Of a stretch of DNA of 64,000 nucleotides, positions 46,957 to 60,275 are shown piece after piece. A model generated the notes under the pieces. It worked only from the letters and a program-made list of their open reading frames with translations, did not search any database and was not told the DNA's origin. The stretch spans positions 434,001 to 498,000 of the forward strand of contig OZ231126.1 of assembly GCA_965153355.1 (NCBI GenBank), given 5' to 3'. A program made the position numbers and the translations under genes. How positions within the stretch are numbered: the stretch's first letter is position 1; each line of letters opens with the position of its first letter. Source of the stretch: Flaccisagitta enflata (lineage: Eukaryota).

Positions 46957-48721
46957 AGCATCCATCATATTTGATGATCATTTGCTTAATTTTTCTAAAT
47001 TGAAAGTAAACAAAAGTTAAATAAACATAAAAAAGAATAAGAAAATGGAGAAAAAAATGCAGAAGTTAAAAAAAAAGCTTAACACAAATCAAAAACTGAA
47101 TAAAAATTAAAAAAAGAAGAAAAAAAGAAAAAAAGAAAAAAAGAAAAAAAGAAAAAAAGAAAAAAGTAAAAAAAAAAAAGAGTGACATTTCTGAATGACA
47201 AACTATAAAAAATACAAAAGTAAATAGCTAATAAAGTGCAGGATTTAAAAAAAAAAATCAGTCCTATTCTTAAATGATCCACACTTAATCATCATGCAAA
47301 CAAAAATGTCAGTATGCAAAAAAAACTCGATAATAACCGCAACCAGAAGTCGGTTATAGCAGTATCTGAACCAAACCTATATCCGCGATTTTTAATTTAT
47401 TAATTGAACCTAATTGAACCGATTTTTAAAAGCCAGATCGCCGAACTCTACCACCCGCACGCGACTATGGTAGCCGTGTATCCGGCCTTGTTTTATCGAT
47501 GATGACTCGACCCTTGCAACTAAAATTCAGGCTGGTAACGAGCGTATTCTTCCAAAGCTGAGGATTCTTTTCCAGGTTTAGATTTACTAATTTCTTAAGT
47601 AGTAATATGATGAAATTTTAACCTAAGTTGGCAAATACCTTTGACCCATCATAGTAATGATTTCATCACTAAAGGTCAACTATAAGTATGCTTTTCATGC
47701 CTCTATGCTTTTTGGGCAGCGGCCCTAAAGGGTTTATGTCCTTCCGTCCGTCCCCCCCCCCCAGTTGACCATTGACGCCTGATTTTTTCCCTTCCAAGCC
47801 CTCAAGTTAGCCCTTCTGGGTCTCACTTAGGCCCTCCAGGCCTATAATCAGCCCTTCATTCCTCAAATCTGCCCTCCAGGTCTCAAGCCTGCCCTCCAGA
47901 CTCCAAACTTGCCCTCCAGATTTCATGTATGCCCTTCAAACCTTAAATCTGCCCTCCAGGCCTCAAATCTGCCCTCCAGCTCTCAAATATGCCCTCTAGC
48001 CCTCAAATCCAAGCAGGGCATCGGGTACCGCTGACCATGTGCGATCCTTTGATGATTTGATTTTTTTGATTGGACAATAATCTTAAAACAGGTGTTACTA
48101 TCTAGGAAACAGGTCGCCCAAGGGCAATATGTGGTCAGCAATACCCGTCGCCCTGCTCTGAGTGATTGTGAATTGGAGTAAGGGGAAGCAGGGCAGCGGC
48201 CCCGAAGGGGACAAAGTCCTGTAGAACACAGGGGGACTTTCGTTTGTCCTGCCTGAAGAAGTGGATGAGATGCTATAGAGGCCTTCAAGAGCCTTAACTG
48301 AGGTCTAAGAAGGCTTATGTAAGGCCTGAGAATGCCAATCTGAAGCTTGAGAGGGCTGACTTGAGGCTTTAGAGAGCTGGATAAGGCCTTGCGTATGGCG
48401 TTTTTTTCCGCGGTTTCGGTTCGGGTTCGGAATACCTTGAAACCTTTCTTCGGGTTTATGACGGGTTTATATTGGTTGTTTTAATAAATATAATAACAAA
48501 AAAAGATGTCTTGGTATTTTCCAGAGAGAAAAAAATAAGAGAAAGAAAATGATAAAAAGTAAAAAATAAAGCAAAAGAAAGTAGAAGAAAGAAAAAAAAA
48601 GAAAAATTATGATATAAAGGAAAAAAACAAACAGATACAGCAATAAATAAGAGAAAAAAGGTGAGCATAAAAGAAGAAAAAATATAGCATAATAAGTAAG
48701 AAAGCAAAGAAATAAATGCAT

Positions 48722-48869
<148 letters not shown>

Positions 48870-49321
48870 GAAAAAAAGAAAAAAAAAAAGAGAAGGAAAG
48901 AGAGAGACAGACAAACACACAAACACATACACATACACTAATAATATCATCAAAAAAGTTAAAAAAAAATACAAAAATAACTTGAGGAGTTAAAGATAGA
49001 AAGAATAACATAAATGCAAAAATATCTAAAAGAAAAAAGTCGGGTCTGGAGGCAAAACCGAATTTCGGGTTTGGCCTCAAAACCGAGCCTCGGCCCTCTT
49101 ACGGCCAAACCCGCAAGGCCTTAGAGCTGGATTAAGGCTTGAAAGGTCAGAGGACTGATTTGAAGCCTGAAAGCAATAAGTTGAGGCTTAGATAGCTGAT
49201 TTGCGGCCTGAGAGGCCTGCGAGGTCAAATTTGAGGCTTGAGAGGCCCAGTTTGAGGCCTGAGAATTTGGATTTGTGGCCTTAGAAGCCTAATTTGAGGC
49301 CTGAGAGGCCAGGATTGAGGC

Positions 49322-49405
<84 letters not shown>

Positions 49406-49751
49406 ATTGAAAACATTTAGAACATTTGTCAATTCTCATCGCAGTAAATACACATTTGTAAGAGGTTTACCTGGTCGTTTCCATGGCATTCTGCGCCTTG
49501 ATTTTTATCATAAACAAATCTCCCCCATGCGTTTATAAGAAAACTATAACTAGAAAAGTATGCCAAAAATAAGAAAGAAAAAGGAGCATAATAAAAGCTT
49601 TCCGTAGGTACCGTCCATAATATTTTTCCATTTATTCTTCTGTTTAAAAATTGAAAAACCGCTTGACCTAATCATTTGTGAAAGTGTAGGGTAATACCCC
49701 AATTCTAAGCTCTTGCAGTGCAACGATCTCTTGCTCATGACTGTACAATTG

Positions 49752-49986
<235 letters not shown>

Positions 49987-50084
49987 TGTTGTTATCCCAT
50001 TTGTTTAACATGCAATCGACCTTTTTTTTTAAATCTTCTTTTGTTTGTTTTTCTAATAATTATGCTGAAATGTGATCAAAGTAG

Positions 50085-50390
50085 GAAAGACTTGTAACAA
50101 AGAAATAAAAGAAAAAAAATTGTGGGAAAAACTTTTAACAAAGAAATTAAAGAAAAAGAAAAATTGTGGGAAAGACTTTTAACAAAGAAATAAAAGAAAA
50201 AGAAAAAACTTTGGGAAAGACTTTTAACAAAGAAATAAAAGAAAAAGAAAAACTGTGGGAAAGACTTGTTCTTAACAAAGGAATTTTCTTTAAACTGTGG
50301 GAAAGACTTTTCTCAACAAAGGATTTTTTTCTTAAATTGTGGGAAAGACTTTTCTTAACAAATTAGAAATTCTGATTTGTGGGAAAGACT
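50085..50390. repeat. Degenerate minisatellite (gtgggaaagacttttaacaaag...) just downstream of the FReD stop
   Basis: tgggaaagactt-like core recurs about 8 times. Confidence 0.8.
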
Positions 50391-50416
50391 TTTTTTGTGT
50401 TTGAATTTGTTTTTTT

Positions 50417-50703
50417 TCAGACTTTTTTGATCCACATTTCAGCCAAAGAAGGATATCGGTATTTGATGCCATCCAATATAGCCCCGTATGGTCGATTGCA
50501 TGTTAAGCAAATGTCATAACAAATATTATGCCACCACCCTCCATAATTGGAATATGCGCAGTTGCCCCAACCTCCCTTATCATGGTCACGATCATCAGTT
50601 GAGAATTGCATCCCATTGAGATTGTGACTGTGAAAAGGATCTCCTTCCCAGTTGTTCTTGCTCAGTTGTTTTCCGATTCCGAGTGTGTAGTTGGTCGCTT
50701 CTG
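50417..50703 (-). CDS. Fibrinogen-related domain (FReD) protein, 3' part of last exon
   Basis: EATNYTLGIG...GDPF..HNLNGMQFSTDDRDHD...NCAYSNYGGWWHNICY...EMWIKKV*; canonical FReD C-terminal motifs. Confidence 0.88.
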
Positions 50704-51036
50704 ATTAGCCTAACAACAAAAAATGCGATGTCATAGAAAAGTTCTCTATCAGAGGGATATGGCCCAAAATCATGTTTACAGATGTTCTATGAAAAAAATT
50801 TATACCTGGAACCCCTATAGATTGGCGCCGCCACCCACCCCCTTTCCAATGATAAAACACAGGCAAAAATCGTTCCTATACATTTTCAATGGGAAATGAG
50901 GGGGGGTGGCGGCGGTAATTTCCAGAGGTCCCATGACCAAATTTTTGTTGTGGTTTATCTTTGTACATGATTTTGAGTCATATCCCTCTGATAGAGAACT
51001 TTTTTATGACTTTTCATGAACTCTTGTTATGCTACT
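50704..51036. mobile_element. MITE (family of 485-827) inserted in the FReD coding exon
   Basis: Same TIR (gtcatagaaaagttctctatcagagggata...); TSD TCTG (or TTCTGA); removing it restores the frame VGSEATNY. Confidence 0.85.
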
Positions 51037-51228
51037 TCTGATCCCACTTGGAAATCATCCCATTCAGATTCCCCCCAAGTACCAGCGCGGGAATCTGCTG
51101 CTTGGAGGACCCATCCCGTTTGGCCTCCAACAAAGACTTCATTTTTGTCCCACTTGACTTTGACTTTCACCTTCCATTTGTCGCTGGTTGTCAACTGATG
51201 CAATTCTTGAAGACCAAGCCAGAAGATT
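51037..51228 (-). CDS. FReD protein, 5' part of last exon
   Basis: CAG|(K)IFWLGLQELHQLTTSDKWKVKVKVKW...EWDDFQVGSE; FWLGL..LH.LT motif. Confidence 0.85.
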
Positions 51229-51276
51229 CTGTAAAAGAAGAAAATTGTTTTAACACTATTAATCTCCTTGAATAAG

Positions 51277-51435
<159 letters not shown>

Positions 51436-51585
51436 TTGACAATTTGTGGATTCAACTGACTGACTACATTGATCTTTTTATTGCTAATGCTCCATGCATA
51501 TTCATTTGATATCATCATATCGTTGTCAGAGTTTTTGTTGTCATTTTGCAATATAACTCCATCAAATTGATAACATTGTATGTAC

Positions 51586-51697
51586 TTTTGTGTTGATGAA
51601 CCAAATCCTTTGCGATAATCACTCCACAGGCCATCTTTGAATTGTGAGGATTCGTCCACTGTGTAATCAATCTTCATAACTAACGTCCATCCGGCAA
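51586..51697 (-). CDS. FReD protein internal exon
   Basis: AAG|.AGWTLVMKIDYTVDESSQFKDGLWSDYRKGFGSSTQ(K)|GTACAT; GWT...W..Y..GFG motif; phase 2 matches the next exon. Confidence 0.8.
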
Positions 51698-51947
51698 CTT
51701 TAAGGTGATGAAATAGTAGGATCATAGAATGTGAGATTTGCAGACTACAAAATCGCAAAAGTGTTAGATGGTCAGTGGTACCTGCCCTGCCTATGTTGCT
51801 GACAGGTGGTGATTGTGGGTGTATGTAGTTGTGATAGGCCAATGAGCTTGAATGACGGTGTTTTACGGAAAGTGTGTATGGTGGAAGGTGGTGGTTATGG
51901 GTGGATGTTAAAAGAATCGGCGTCTCTGGAAAATGGTTGGTCTGTTA

Positions 51948-52708
51948 CCCTGTCTTCAAAAGCAACTGTAACCAGCAAAAGTTATATTGTCTGAAAACTT
52001 ATTCTATTACCAAATTTGGATTTTTTCTGTCTGAAAGCATATCAACTGCGGTTTGTTCATGCAAAATTTCAGCACTTTTTGTCTAATGGTTTAGCTTCTA
52101 CATAATTTCGAAAATTTACTCAAAATATTGCAATTTTGTTATAGAATAAAAAGAGTTAATTCATTCAACCTGGTGCAAATAGCCAAAAAATTGATTTTGA
52201 GTACCTGTATTGATCCCATACTAAATCATCTTTATTACCAATATGACTTTCTTTCATATTGTGCATAATCATAAGATATTGTAATCAAAAAAGATAATTC
52301 TTTTAATATGTAATGTTGTTGAAATATGAAAAATCAGGGAAAAAAACTTAATAAAAACTTAATAAATACATCAAAATGTGGGTTCTTTTTAAAACATGAT
52401 ATTGTCTCCTTTAAAAAATCTTCAATTCGGGACCAATCCCAGAGTCTTAGCTCAAAGCGTTTAAAAGTTACATAGGTTTAAAGTCAAACACCCCCATTTA
52501 AGTCTGAAATGGAAAACTGTATCGCCATAAATGATGTTCTACTTTAAAATGGTGCAGAAGCTAAACCACTTGACAAAAAATGCTCAAATTTTGCATGAAG
52601 AAATGACAGTTGATATGCTTTGAGATAGAAAAAAATCCGAATTTTGTGATGGGAATAATAATGACATAATACTTCTTTTGCTGGTTACAGTTGCTTTTGA
52701 AGACAGGG
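51948..52708. mobile_element. Tc1/mariner-type MITE
   Basis: TA-CCCTGTCTTCAAAAGCAACTGTAACCAGCAAAAG ... reverse complement-TA, TIR about 150 bp. Confidence 0.85.
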
Positions 52709-52996
52709 TAGTCGGCTGTTAGAACTAAAGATAGGCTAGAGCTAATTCTGATAAGTATAGATAACTGTAACACGTAATAGCTGCTGATAATGGATTAACT
52801 AAGTAACTCAAGTTTTGAGTGTCAAAAGGCTAAATTCATAAAGCCCAGTTTTCTTACCAATATACTTAATCTATTAAAGGATTTAAGGAAGACGATGTGC
52901 GCAGTAGAATGGTTGAATCAAGACTGAATAAGGTGGAAAAGTTGAATGATGTACCATGATTGAGATTAAGTATAACAATTTTCGGGAATTGCTTAC

Positions 52997-53041
52997 TTGC
53001 TTGGCAGTCTTTGCCAGTACAGTGGGAACCAGCATTGCACC
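52997..53041 (-). CDS. Possible upstream FReD exon (xCNAGSHCTGKDCQA)
   Basis: TGTCAG acceptor, GTAAGC donor, 'KDC' resembles the FReD N-terminal P.DC motif; the intervening exon was not confidently found. Confidence 0.4.
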
Positions 53042-53338
53042 CTGACATAGAAAAATTCAATTATCATTTTCATGTGCATGAAAGTTAATCCACACTTCTA
53101 TCGCAGTTTTCTTAAATTGTCGCAAAAAGAAAAAAACGTCAGGGGCAAAGAAACCTACTCGGCTTTACCGTACAGTAACACCTGTAACTAAGCACTGACG
53201 ATCCAGGCCTGTCAGCGTCGAGTCGATTTACTACGCGATCTAGGCAATTCTCGTTTCCAAAAGAGACGATAAGAGATAGCTTAATATCGATTAATAGAGA
53301 TGGCTTTGTATCAATTATTGATACGATTTACTGAGATA

Positions 53339-54870
53339 TTCCGTGGCGTTCCTACATAACGTATTAAACCGCCAAAAATCGTTTCAAAAATGCAAAAAAG
53401 TGGATTATTGTAACAAAAATTATGAATTTTTGTCACAAAAATGCTTAAAAAAGCCGTTTTGAAACGGGCGTTCTTATGCAGTTTTAAAACGATCCTATAT
53501 TGTCGTTTCAAAACCACAAGTATGCGCAACTTTTGAAACGAATTTTGAGGCATAGTTGCCGTTTCAAAACTTTGCAATTCTAAAGTTTTAAAACCATGAG
53601 ATTTTTGCGTTTCAAAACGCTTGAAAACAGCGCTTAAGTTACAGCCTGCAAGGGAAAAAATCTATATATCTTTGTAATCTTATCACCTTTTTTACCGTTT
53701 TGAAAACGCAAAAAATTGAAGTATTGAAACTAAGAAAAAATGCATTTAAAAATTGAAACATGGTTATATGCTAGGTGGAACAATTTCCCTAACTTTACCT
53801 AAAATGAAATAAATGGAAGAGGGCCCCGTTAGCCCTCACTGACTGGCTAATACGCGCGCCACTCTTGGTTTTCCATAAAATTGAATCTGACAGACATCCT
53901 TTTGGCCAACGGCGTCGAAGGGGTTGATGACCTATGCTTTCATACATATGGGGAATTTTCTCCTCCTTCTTCTCCTTTGTACCCTCCTTCCCCCCAACCT
54001 CAAGGCCTATATCCCAGCCTCAAGGCTTTTATCCCAACCTCGAGGCCCTTGAGACTGGGATTTTGACCTCGTGGCTGAGATATGGGCCTTGAGGCTGAGA
54101 TATGGGCCTAGAGCTTTGGGGAAGGGGGGGGGGGGGGCGCGGAGGAGGAGGAGGAGGAGGAGGAAAAAAATCTCTTTATGTGTGGGACGGACCAATGGAT
54201 GGATCGACGGACCAACGGACGGACAAAGCAGGGTCTAGAGTTGTGTAGCACGCGACTAAAAATGGGGTGAAACACTATGTGTTGCCATCAAATGCTTGCC
54301 GTCCTATTGTTGTTGAATTGTGACTCCATGTCATTTGTATTTTATGTAAATTTGCTAATGTGTAATGTTTTACTACTTTGAAGGACGTTACAAAAAGCTT
54401 ATTTTTTACAGTTTTGAAACTGCAAAAAATTGAAGTTTTGAAACTGCCAAAAATTGAATTTATGAAACGTTTTTACAAGCAACTTTTTTACAGTTTCAAA
54501 ACTGCAAAAAATTGCTTATGGGAACGGCGATTTCATATTTCATAATTTTACTGCCACTGCCACTGCCACTGTTTGAAAAAAGTTCATTTCTTCAGTTTTA
54601 AAACGAAAAAAAACCTGGCTAGAAGTGAGAAAGAAATGTTATTTTAGTCATGTTTTCAAAAGCCCTTTTCATGCAGTTTTGATACTCCCAAAAAACGCGG
54701 TTTCAAAACGGCAACTGTGCCTCCGTTTTGAAACCTCAGATTACAACCACAAAAGGACGTTGCTGTATGCATAAATGTTTTTTTGGACGTTTTGAAACTG
54801 CTGCATACTAGGAGTTTTGATACGTCGTTCCCCTATTTGGGACGATAATGCTATAATAACGCCCACGGAA
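53339..54870. mobile_element. Possible non-autonomous TIR element rich in ttttgaaac/gtttcaaaa motifs, with nested HINE fragments
   Basis: TA-TTCCGTGGCGTT ... AACGCCCACGGAA-TA short inverted ends; many internal inverted ttttgaaac motifs. Confidence 0.5.
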
Positions 54871-57229
54871 TAACTGGATTTACTAATCAATTACTAAGTT
54901 ATCAACAATTGGTAACTATTTCATTTTATTTTTTGTTAATTCCTAAGATTTTACCTTGATTATAGGGAATAGATGCGTTCTATTTTTCTACTATACCGTA
55001 TATCTTGCATTTATCGCCCCCCCTCTAATTAGCGCCCCCCCCTTTGTCATGAAAGAATGAGGTAATGATAAGGGTGACTATTTGAAAAAAATCATAGAAG
55101 ATTTAATGAAAACGAGGTTTTTATGTGGTGTTATAACATGTGACTATTGATGTTTGAGGCTTAATAAATTCAATCAACGATGACTTAACAATGTCGTTTT
55201 TGCCCAATAATGCTTTTTGGAAGTCTGTGGAGTAAATGTGTGGTGAAAAGAAAAAAAATTGAATCAATTTCAACGGTATCATTTCTTGTTGTCTTACCTC
55301 GCGAGATCGTTAGAGTTTCGCCGAAGAGGAAAAGGAAAAATAGGCGACAAGAAAACCCCATGTTGTAGAGATGGAACATAAAGACTCAAAAATAGTGTTT
55401 GCTTTTTGCGACTCAATGACTGCTAAAAACTTAAGGGAAGGTTTAAATACCGTAAATTCCGCCCGATTGTCTATTGTGATCTTTTTTTCATTGAGTTTAT
55501 GCGACGCTTGGAGAAAATTTCAGAAATTGAGTCATATCCAAAGCGCAATTTTGACTCTCTCGTACTATCGCGGCGGGAAAATGTGAAATTTTGTGATGAA
55601 TGTGTAGGAGCAAGTAATGCGTAATCAGTATAAAGAGTAGCTGCAATAAATTGACCAACTGAATGACAACCGCAACAATTTTTTTTTCAATTTGACAATG
55701 AGATCATCCAAATAAGTCGCAAAAAGCCAAGGACTCAGAACACCTTCCTGCTTCACTCCGCATGACACTTTAAAGGTTTAACTGAATGAATCATTCCATC
55801 TACACTTTACAAACAAAAGCTTCAGATGGTCAGCGGTTCCTGTTGCCCCTATGTTAGTATATGCCTCAAAGTAGAGGGAGAACCACCACATCATTGGCTC
55901 ACCGATACATTTTCTTACGGAGAGTTGAGTTATGAAGGGGGGAGATCAAAGAAAACTCTCATATTTCATGTGTACATATCGACACCTGACGATTATTTAT
56001 GTAGTATACCGTCGCATTTTACGACTCCCGATCATGTTCATTTGTCTCCATTTTTGGTCTCTCTAGCGTAGCGTTCTCTGTGGCAATCTTTCAGAAAAGC
56101 TGAAACAAATGAACAATCGCCTTGCAATCGTCCTATCTCGATCGGCCGACGCTGCTACGCTATTAAGGTTTTGGCTTCTTAGGCAATGTTTACAAACAAT
56201 AATGAAGCCAATACCCAGTAAACACTCTATTTCATCCAACTAATGCGTGTTTAGACCTGTACTCTTTCTTAGTTCGCCGTCGATATGGCTTTAATCATCA
56301 TTTCTGTACAATGTTTTTCTGCATATTTATCTACCATTCTAACAAACAAAGCCAAGTAGGTCAATAGGTGTGACGTGTGAATCGTCGAACGAATGGGTTA
56401 CCGACCAACCGACCAACCGATCGACGGACAGAGCCAGTTATAGAGGTGCTTTGTCGCACCTAAAAAATAAGGTCTAACAGGGGGATAATTGAGAAAATGC
56501 ATGGCTGACAGACTGACTGACAGGCAGTCTGACAGACCAATGAATGAATGGATGCATGTTCAGAAATAATCACTAGTGGAAGAGCTTTTGCGCGCAAAAA
56601 AAAATGCATGTGTATATCTTATAGCTTAGAACTAACCACTTTTTCCACAAAGTATGCATGCCTACTTTAGTATGTAGCTCTGCACATTCTCACAAGGTCG
56701 TCGTCATGCCTAAGTTGCGGTCAGCGTGTGCCATTTGGATGCTTCACATTGCAAAAGTTGGGAGTATCCTTTTACCCTACTAGGATAATGTGGAAGAGAA
56801 AAGATCATAAATATGATCATTTTTCTTTTTCAAAATTCCTTCATCTTCCATTTTTATATTAATCCAAAAATTTTTACAAATTTTTTAGAATTCAGCAAAA
56901 TTCTGTTTAATCTTACTACAAAAGGAAATTTTTTTTTTAAAGAATCACAATCTTTGTAGAAATAAATAAAAATATCAGAGTATAAGCTATGAAATAGCTT
57001 GTAAAAACGCATATTAATAATTTTATAAGGAGCATAAATTTTTAAAAGCAAATAAAAACAATATCAGCATGTTGTTTTATCCCATTGCAATATATAAATT
57101 AAACTCTCAAAACAATTTTTTTAAAAAATTGAAGAACAATTTTGAATAAAAGAAAAATAGTTAAGGTTCTGAAATTAGCCATTCCACATAAGGTAAAGAG
57201 GTTGAAAAGAAATAACCAACTTTTGCTAT

Positions 57230-58644
57230 GTGAAGCACCCAAGTGTGCACACGCTGCACCGTCATCAGCAAATTATAATCGTCTCAAAACTCGAGTTAGG
57301 GCTGGTTCTCAACTCCATATTTGAAAAAATAAGGATTAGTGATGGATTTTCCACGATTACATATCACGATGAGGGGTCCAACTGGTCATCCAAGGATCGC
57401 ACATGGTCAGCGTTACCCGATGCCCTGCTTGGAGTGATCAAGTGAAGTAGTGGAGTGAGAGCAGGGCAGCAACCCTAAAGGGCACAGGGGGGAATTTGGA
57501 GACGTCCTGAGGTGGATTTGTAGTCGGGATGGCAGAATTTAGTTTAAAAGAGCAGATCTGAGGTTTGGGGGCAGGCTTGAGGCCTAGAGCACAAATTTGA
57601 GGCTTGAAGAGTTGATTTGAGGCTTGGAGGGCTAATTTGGGGTCTGGAGGGCTGATTTGAGGTCTTGAGGGCAGATTTGAGGTGTGGAGCTGGAGAGCTG
57701 ATTTGAGCTCTTGAGGGTTAAATTGAGGTCGGAATGACCTAATTTGAGGGCTCAGAGGGCCAAAATCAGGCCTGAGACTGCTGAGTTGAAGCTCCAATGG
57801 CTAAGGGGGGGACTGAAGGATGGACGGATGGATGGACGGACAGACAGATGGACGGACAGATGGATAAACAAAAGACGGACATCTCGCAAGTCCCCCGTGT
57901 CCTACAGGACATCGGCCCTTTGGGGCCGCTGCCCAAAAAGCAAGGGACTGGAGCTTTCTCAGTTCAAGGCATTAAATTCAACCGAAAGTATCACTCGCTT
58001 CCCACTCTTCCCATCTCGCGTGAAACTCGCTCGAATCTGGCTGAACTGCAGGTACAAATATCAATGAGAAATGGTATGAAATCAATATGCAGAAATAGTT
58101 TCTTCCTTTTTTAGTCGCGACTCTATCAGAGGCTTTGTCCGTCCATTGGTCCATTGGAAAACGGAAAGTGTGAAAACGCGCATTTCCACCCCTGCCCATC
58201 CGTCCACAACTAATTGGCTGTGTATCTAGCCATGGTTTTAACCGCCAGCATAAAACTGTCTCGCTCTGTCTGTCTGTCAGTCGCACCTGGTTTATCGAGA
58301 ATCTTATAACAGTTGAACCTGTAATGTCAAGGGACCATTAAAATGTATCTGTACAAACAGATTTCAGTATTTGCCAATTAAAGGAAAACAAGGCCAAGTA
58401 GGCCAATAAGGTGCAACATGTGGTTCATCAAATGAATGGGGTACTGACAGACCAACCAACTGACCAACCAACCAACCAACCATCCAACCAACCTACCGAT
58501 GGACACAGCCAGTTATAGAGGAGCTTTATTGCACCTAACTATGGCAAAATATAAAGGGACAGAGATTTTGCAACTGTTGCAGGCAGATTTCGGATAAGGG
58601 TCCTCAGCATTTTGTCCGCCGTAAGCGGGATTCCCAAAGTGGAT
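57230..58644 (+). pseudogene. Degenerate transposase-like coding remnant split by a family B HINE
   Basis: ...FSTITYHDEGS[HINE ~57380-57937]KQGTGAFSVQGIKFNRKYHSLPTLPISRETRSNLAELQ|GT ... IRVLSILSAVSGIPKVD (58594-58644); joins into a beta-strand/Asp pattern like an RNase H-fold first catalytic residue. Family not identified. Confidence 0.35.
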
Positions 58645-59781
58645 AGATTGTATCTTGAGGTTCGGTATGCAAGAGACTTTTGTGTTAGTTTTCCCAAAAA
58701 TTCCGATATTTTCCGTCTCTTGAAGAATTACAAAAGCTCGATTAAAAATCATACTGTGATAATCTGATTATCTATTTCGACAAAAATCACTTTTCGCAAT
58801 TGTGTTGAAATGAGGGATTTTGAAAGCGCGCTTGAAAACTTGGATTAGGTCCTGGTTGAGTAAAAATATTTACACCAGTGCCTCTTTGCACAAATTCAGC
58901 ATTTACCTATTCCTGCAATTTTATGCGATTCTATTATTTCATGCAATTCTAATTCTCAATTTTACTTGGCAATTTTTTTTTCACTCCAGACTCACTAAAT
59001 GTAATTTGGGTCCGTAAGTAAGCTTCTCTTTTCTTCAAAAATAGTACAGTAGTGTAGACTAGAAAGAGCATGATGAATAACAAATCTGTTCTTTCAAAAG
59101 TACCAAATAAGGAGAGAACAAACAACAACAATCACTTCATTGATGATAATTTTAAACTAAAGTCAGAACTGATATTATTAGAAATAGAAACACCATATTG
59201 CATGTAGCACCCTTTAGTCTTAGTGGATATTCATTTCCAAGTAAGTTGTATAAACAACTACCAGGCCTTTAGTTGACGCGATTTTTATACATTCCAAATT
59301 ATATAAATCTTAAATAAAATTGTTCACGCATGATCTAATTGTTTTTCTTATAAAGTGGCTGTGCAATTGAAATTTCATAACAGTTAGTAATACTACTGAT
59401 ATAACAACTGCAGTGCTGCTTGAGATTCATTTTTCAGATTTTCATCTTATGTTCAACCAGATAATTATTACAGCTGTCAGATTCGAAGTTTAAAGTACAT
59501 CAATTCTTACATTTTTGGGATAATTGTAGCGGATTTTGACAATTTTACTGCAAAAAATGACTTTTTTGCAGCAACTTGCAGCAACTTTTCCTAATTTATG
59601 CACTCGAGAGTGCTGACGTTGTAGCAGGACGCTCACTCTGTCAAAATAACCTAATTGCTACAGGCTTAGAAACGTTTTTACCGAAGAAGAATTCTTTTTA
59701 CTCAGAAAATCGCACTAATAAATAGGAATTTTCGCTAGAAATGCTGCATTGCTTAGTACACATATATATGCAGCAGGTGTC

Positions 59782-59791
59782 NNNNNNNNNN
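59782..59791. other. Assembly gap (10 N)
   Basis: Run of N. Confidence 1.
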
Positions 59792-60145
59792 AAGTCCAAA
59801 TCGATTTTCCAAATGGATAATGATAAGTGCTTGGAAATGATTTTTAGATGCGTCCTCGCATCTCTACAATAGGCTGAGTCCGTCGGTTGGGTAACGCATT
59901 CATTAAAAAGCATCAGAATTTCATGTTTTTTATTAGATATCATTCATTCATTCTTAAAAAACATTCATTCATAAGAAAAATATCAATTCATGAAAAACAT
60001 TCACTCATAACAAAACATTCATTCATAAACAAACATTCATTCAATGAGGACGCATCGTTGGCCTACTTGGCCTTGTTTACTTGTATGCTCAAATTGAGTC
60101 CATTCTATAGCTCATGTACCATCCAAAATTCCATCAAAAAATCAG

Positions 60146-60275
60146 ATACGAATTCCGAGTCTCGGCCGAAAACAACGCGGGCAAAGTTTACTCTGATTGG
60201 GCTCAAATCACGACTGCTCAAGGAATACCAGACAAAATAGAGGCACCGCAGATCGTACATGTCAGAGGAACGCAG
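60146..60275 (+). CDS. USH2A: Usherin-like FN3 protein exon (5' boundary uncertain; alternative acceptor at 60110)
   Basis: CAG|.YEFRVSAENNAGKVYSDWAQITTAQGIPDKIEAPQIVHVRGTQ|GT; FN3 C-terminal strand pattern. Confidence 0.7.

Noticed and set aside
50704..51036. MITE as a clean introner-type intron
   Set aside because: GT at the element start combined with nearby AGs gives +2, -1 or +11 nt; none keeps frame.
54995..56340. pogo-like terminus (taccgtatatcttgcattta...) with short minus-strand coding-like stretches
   Set aside because: No matching opposite TIR or identifiable protein motif found by eye.
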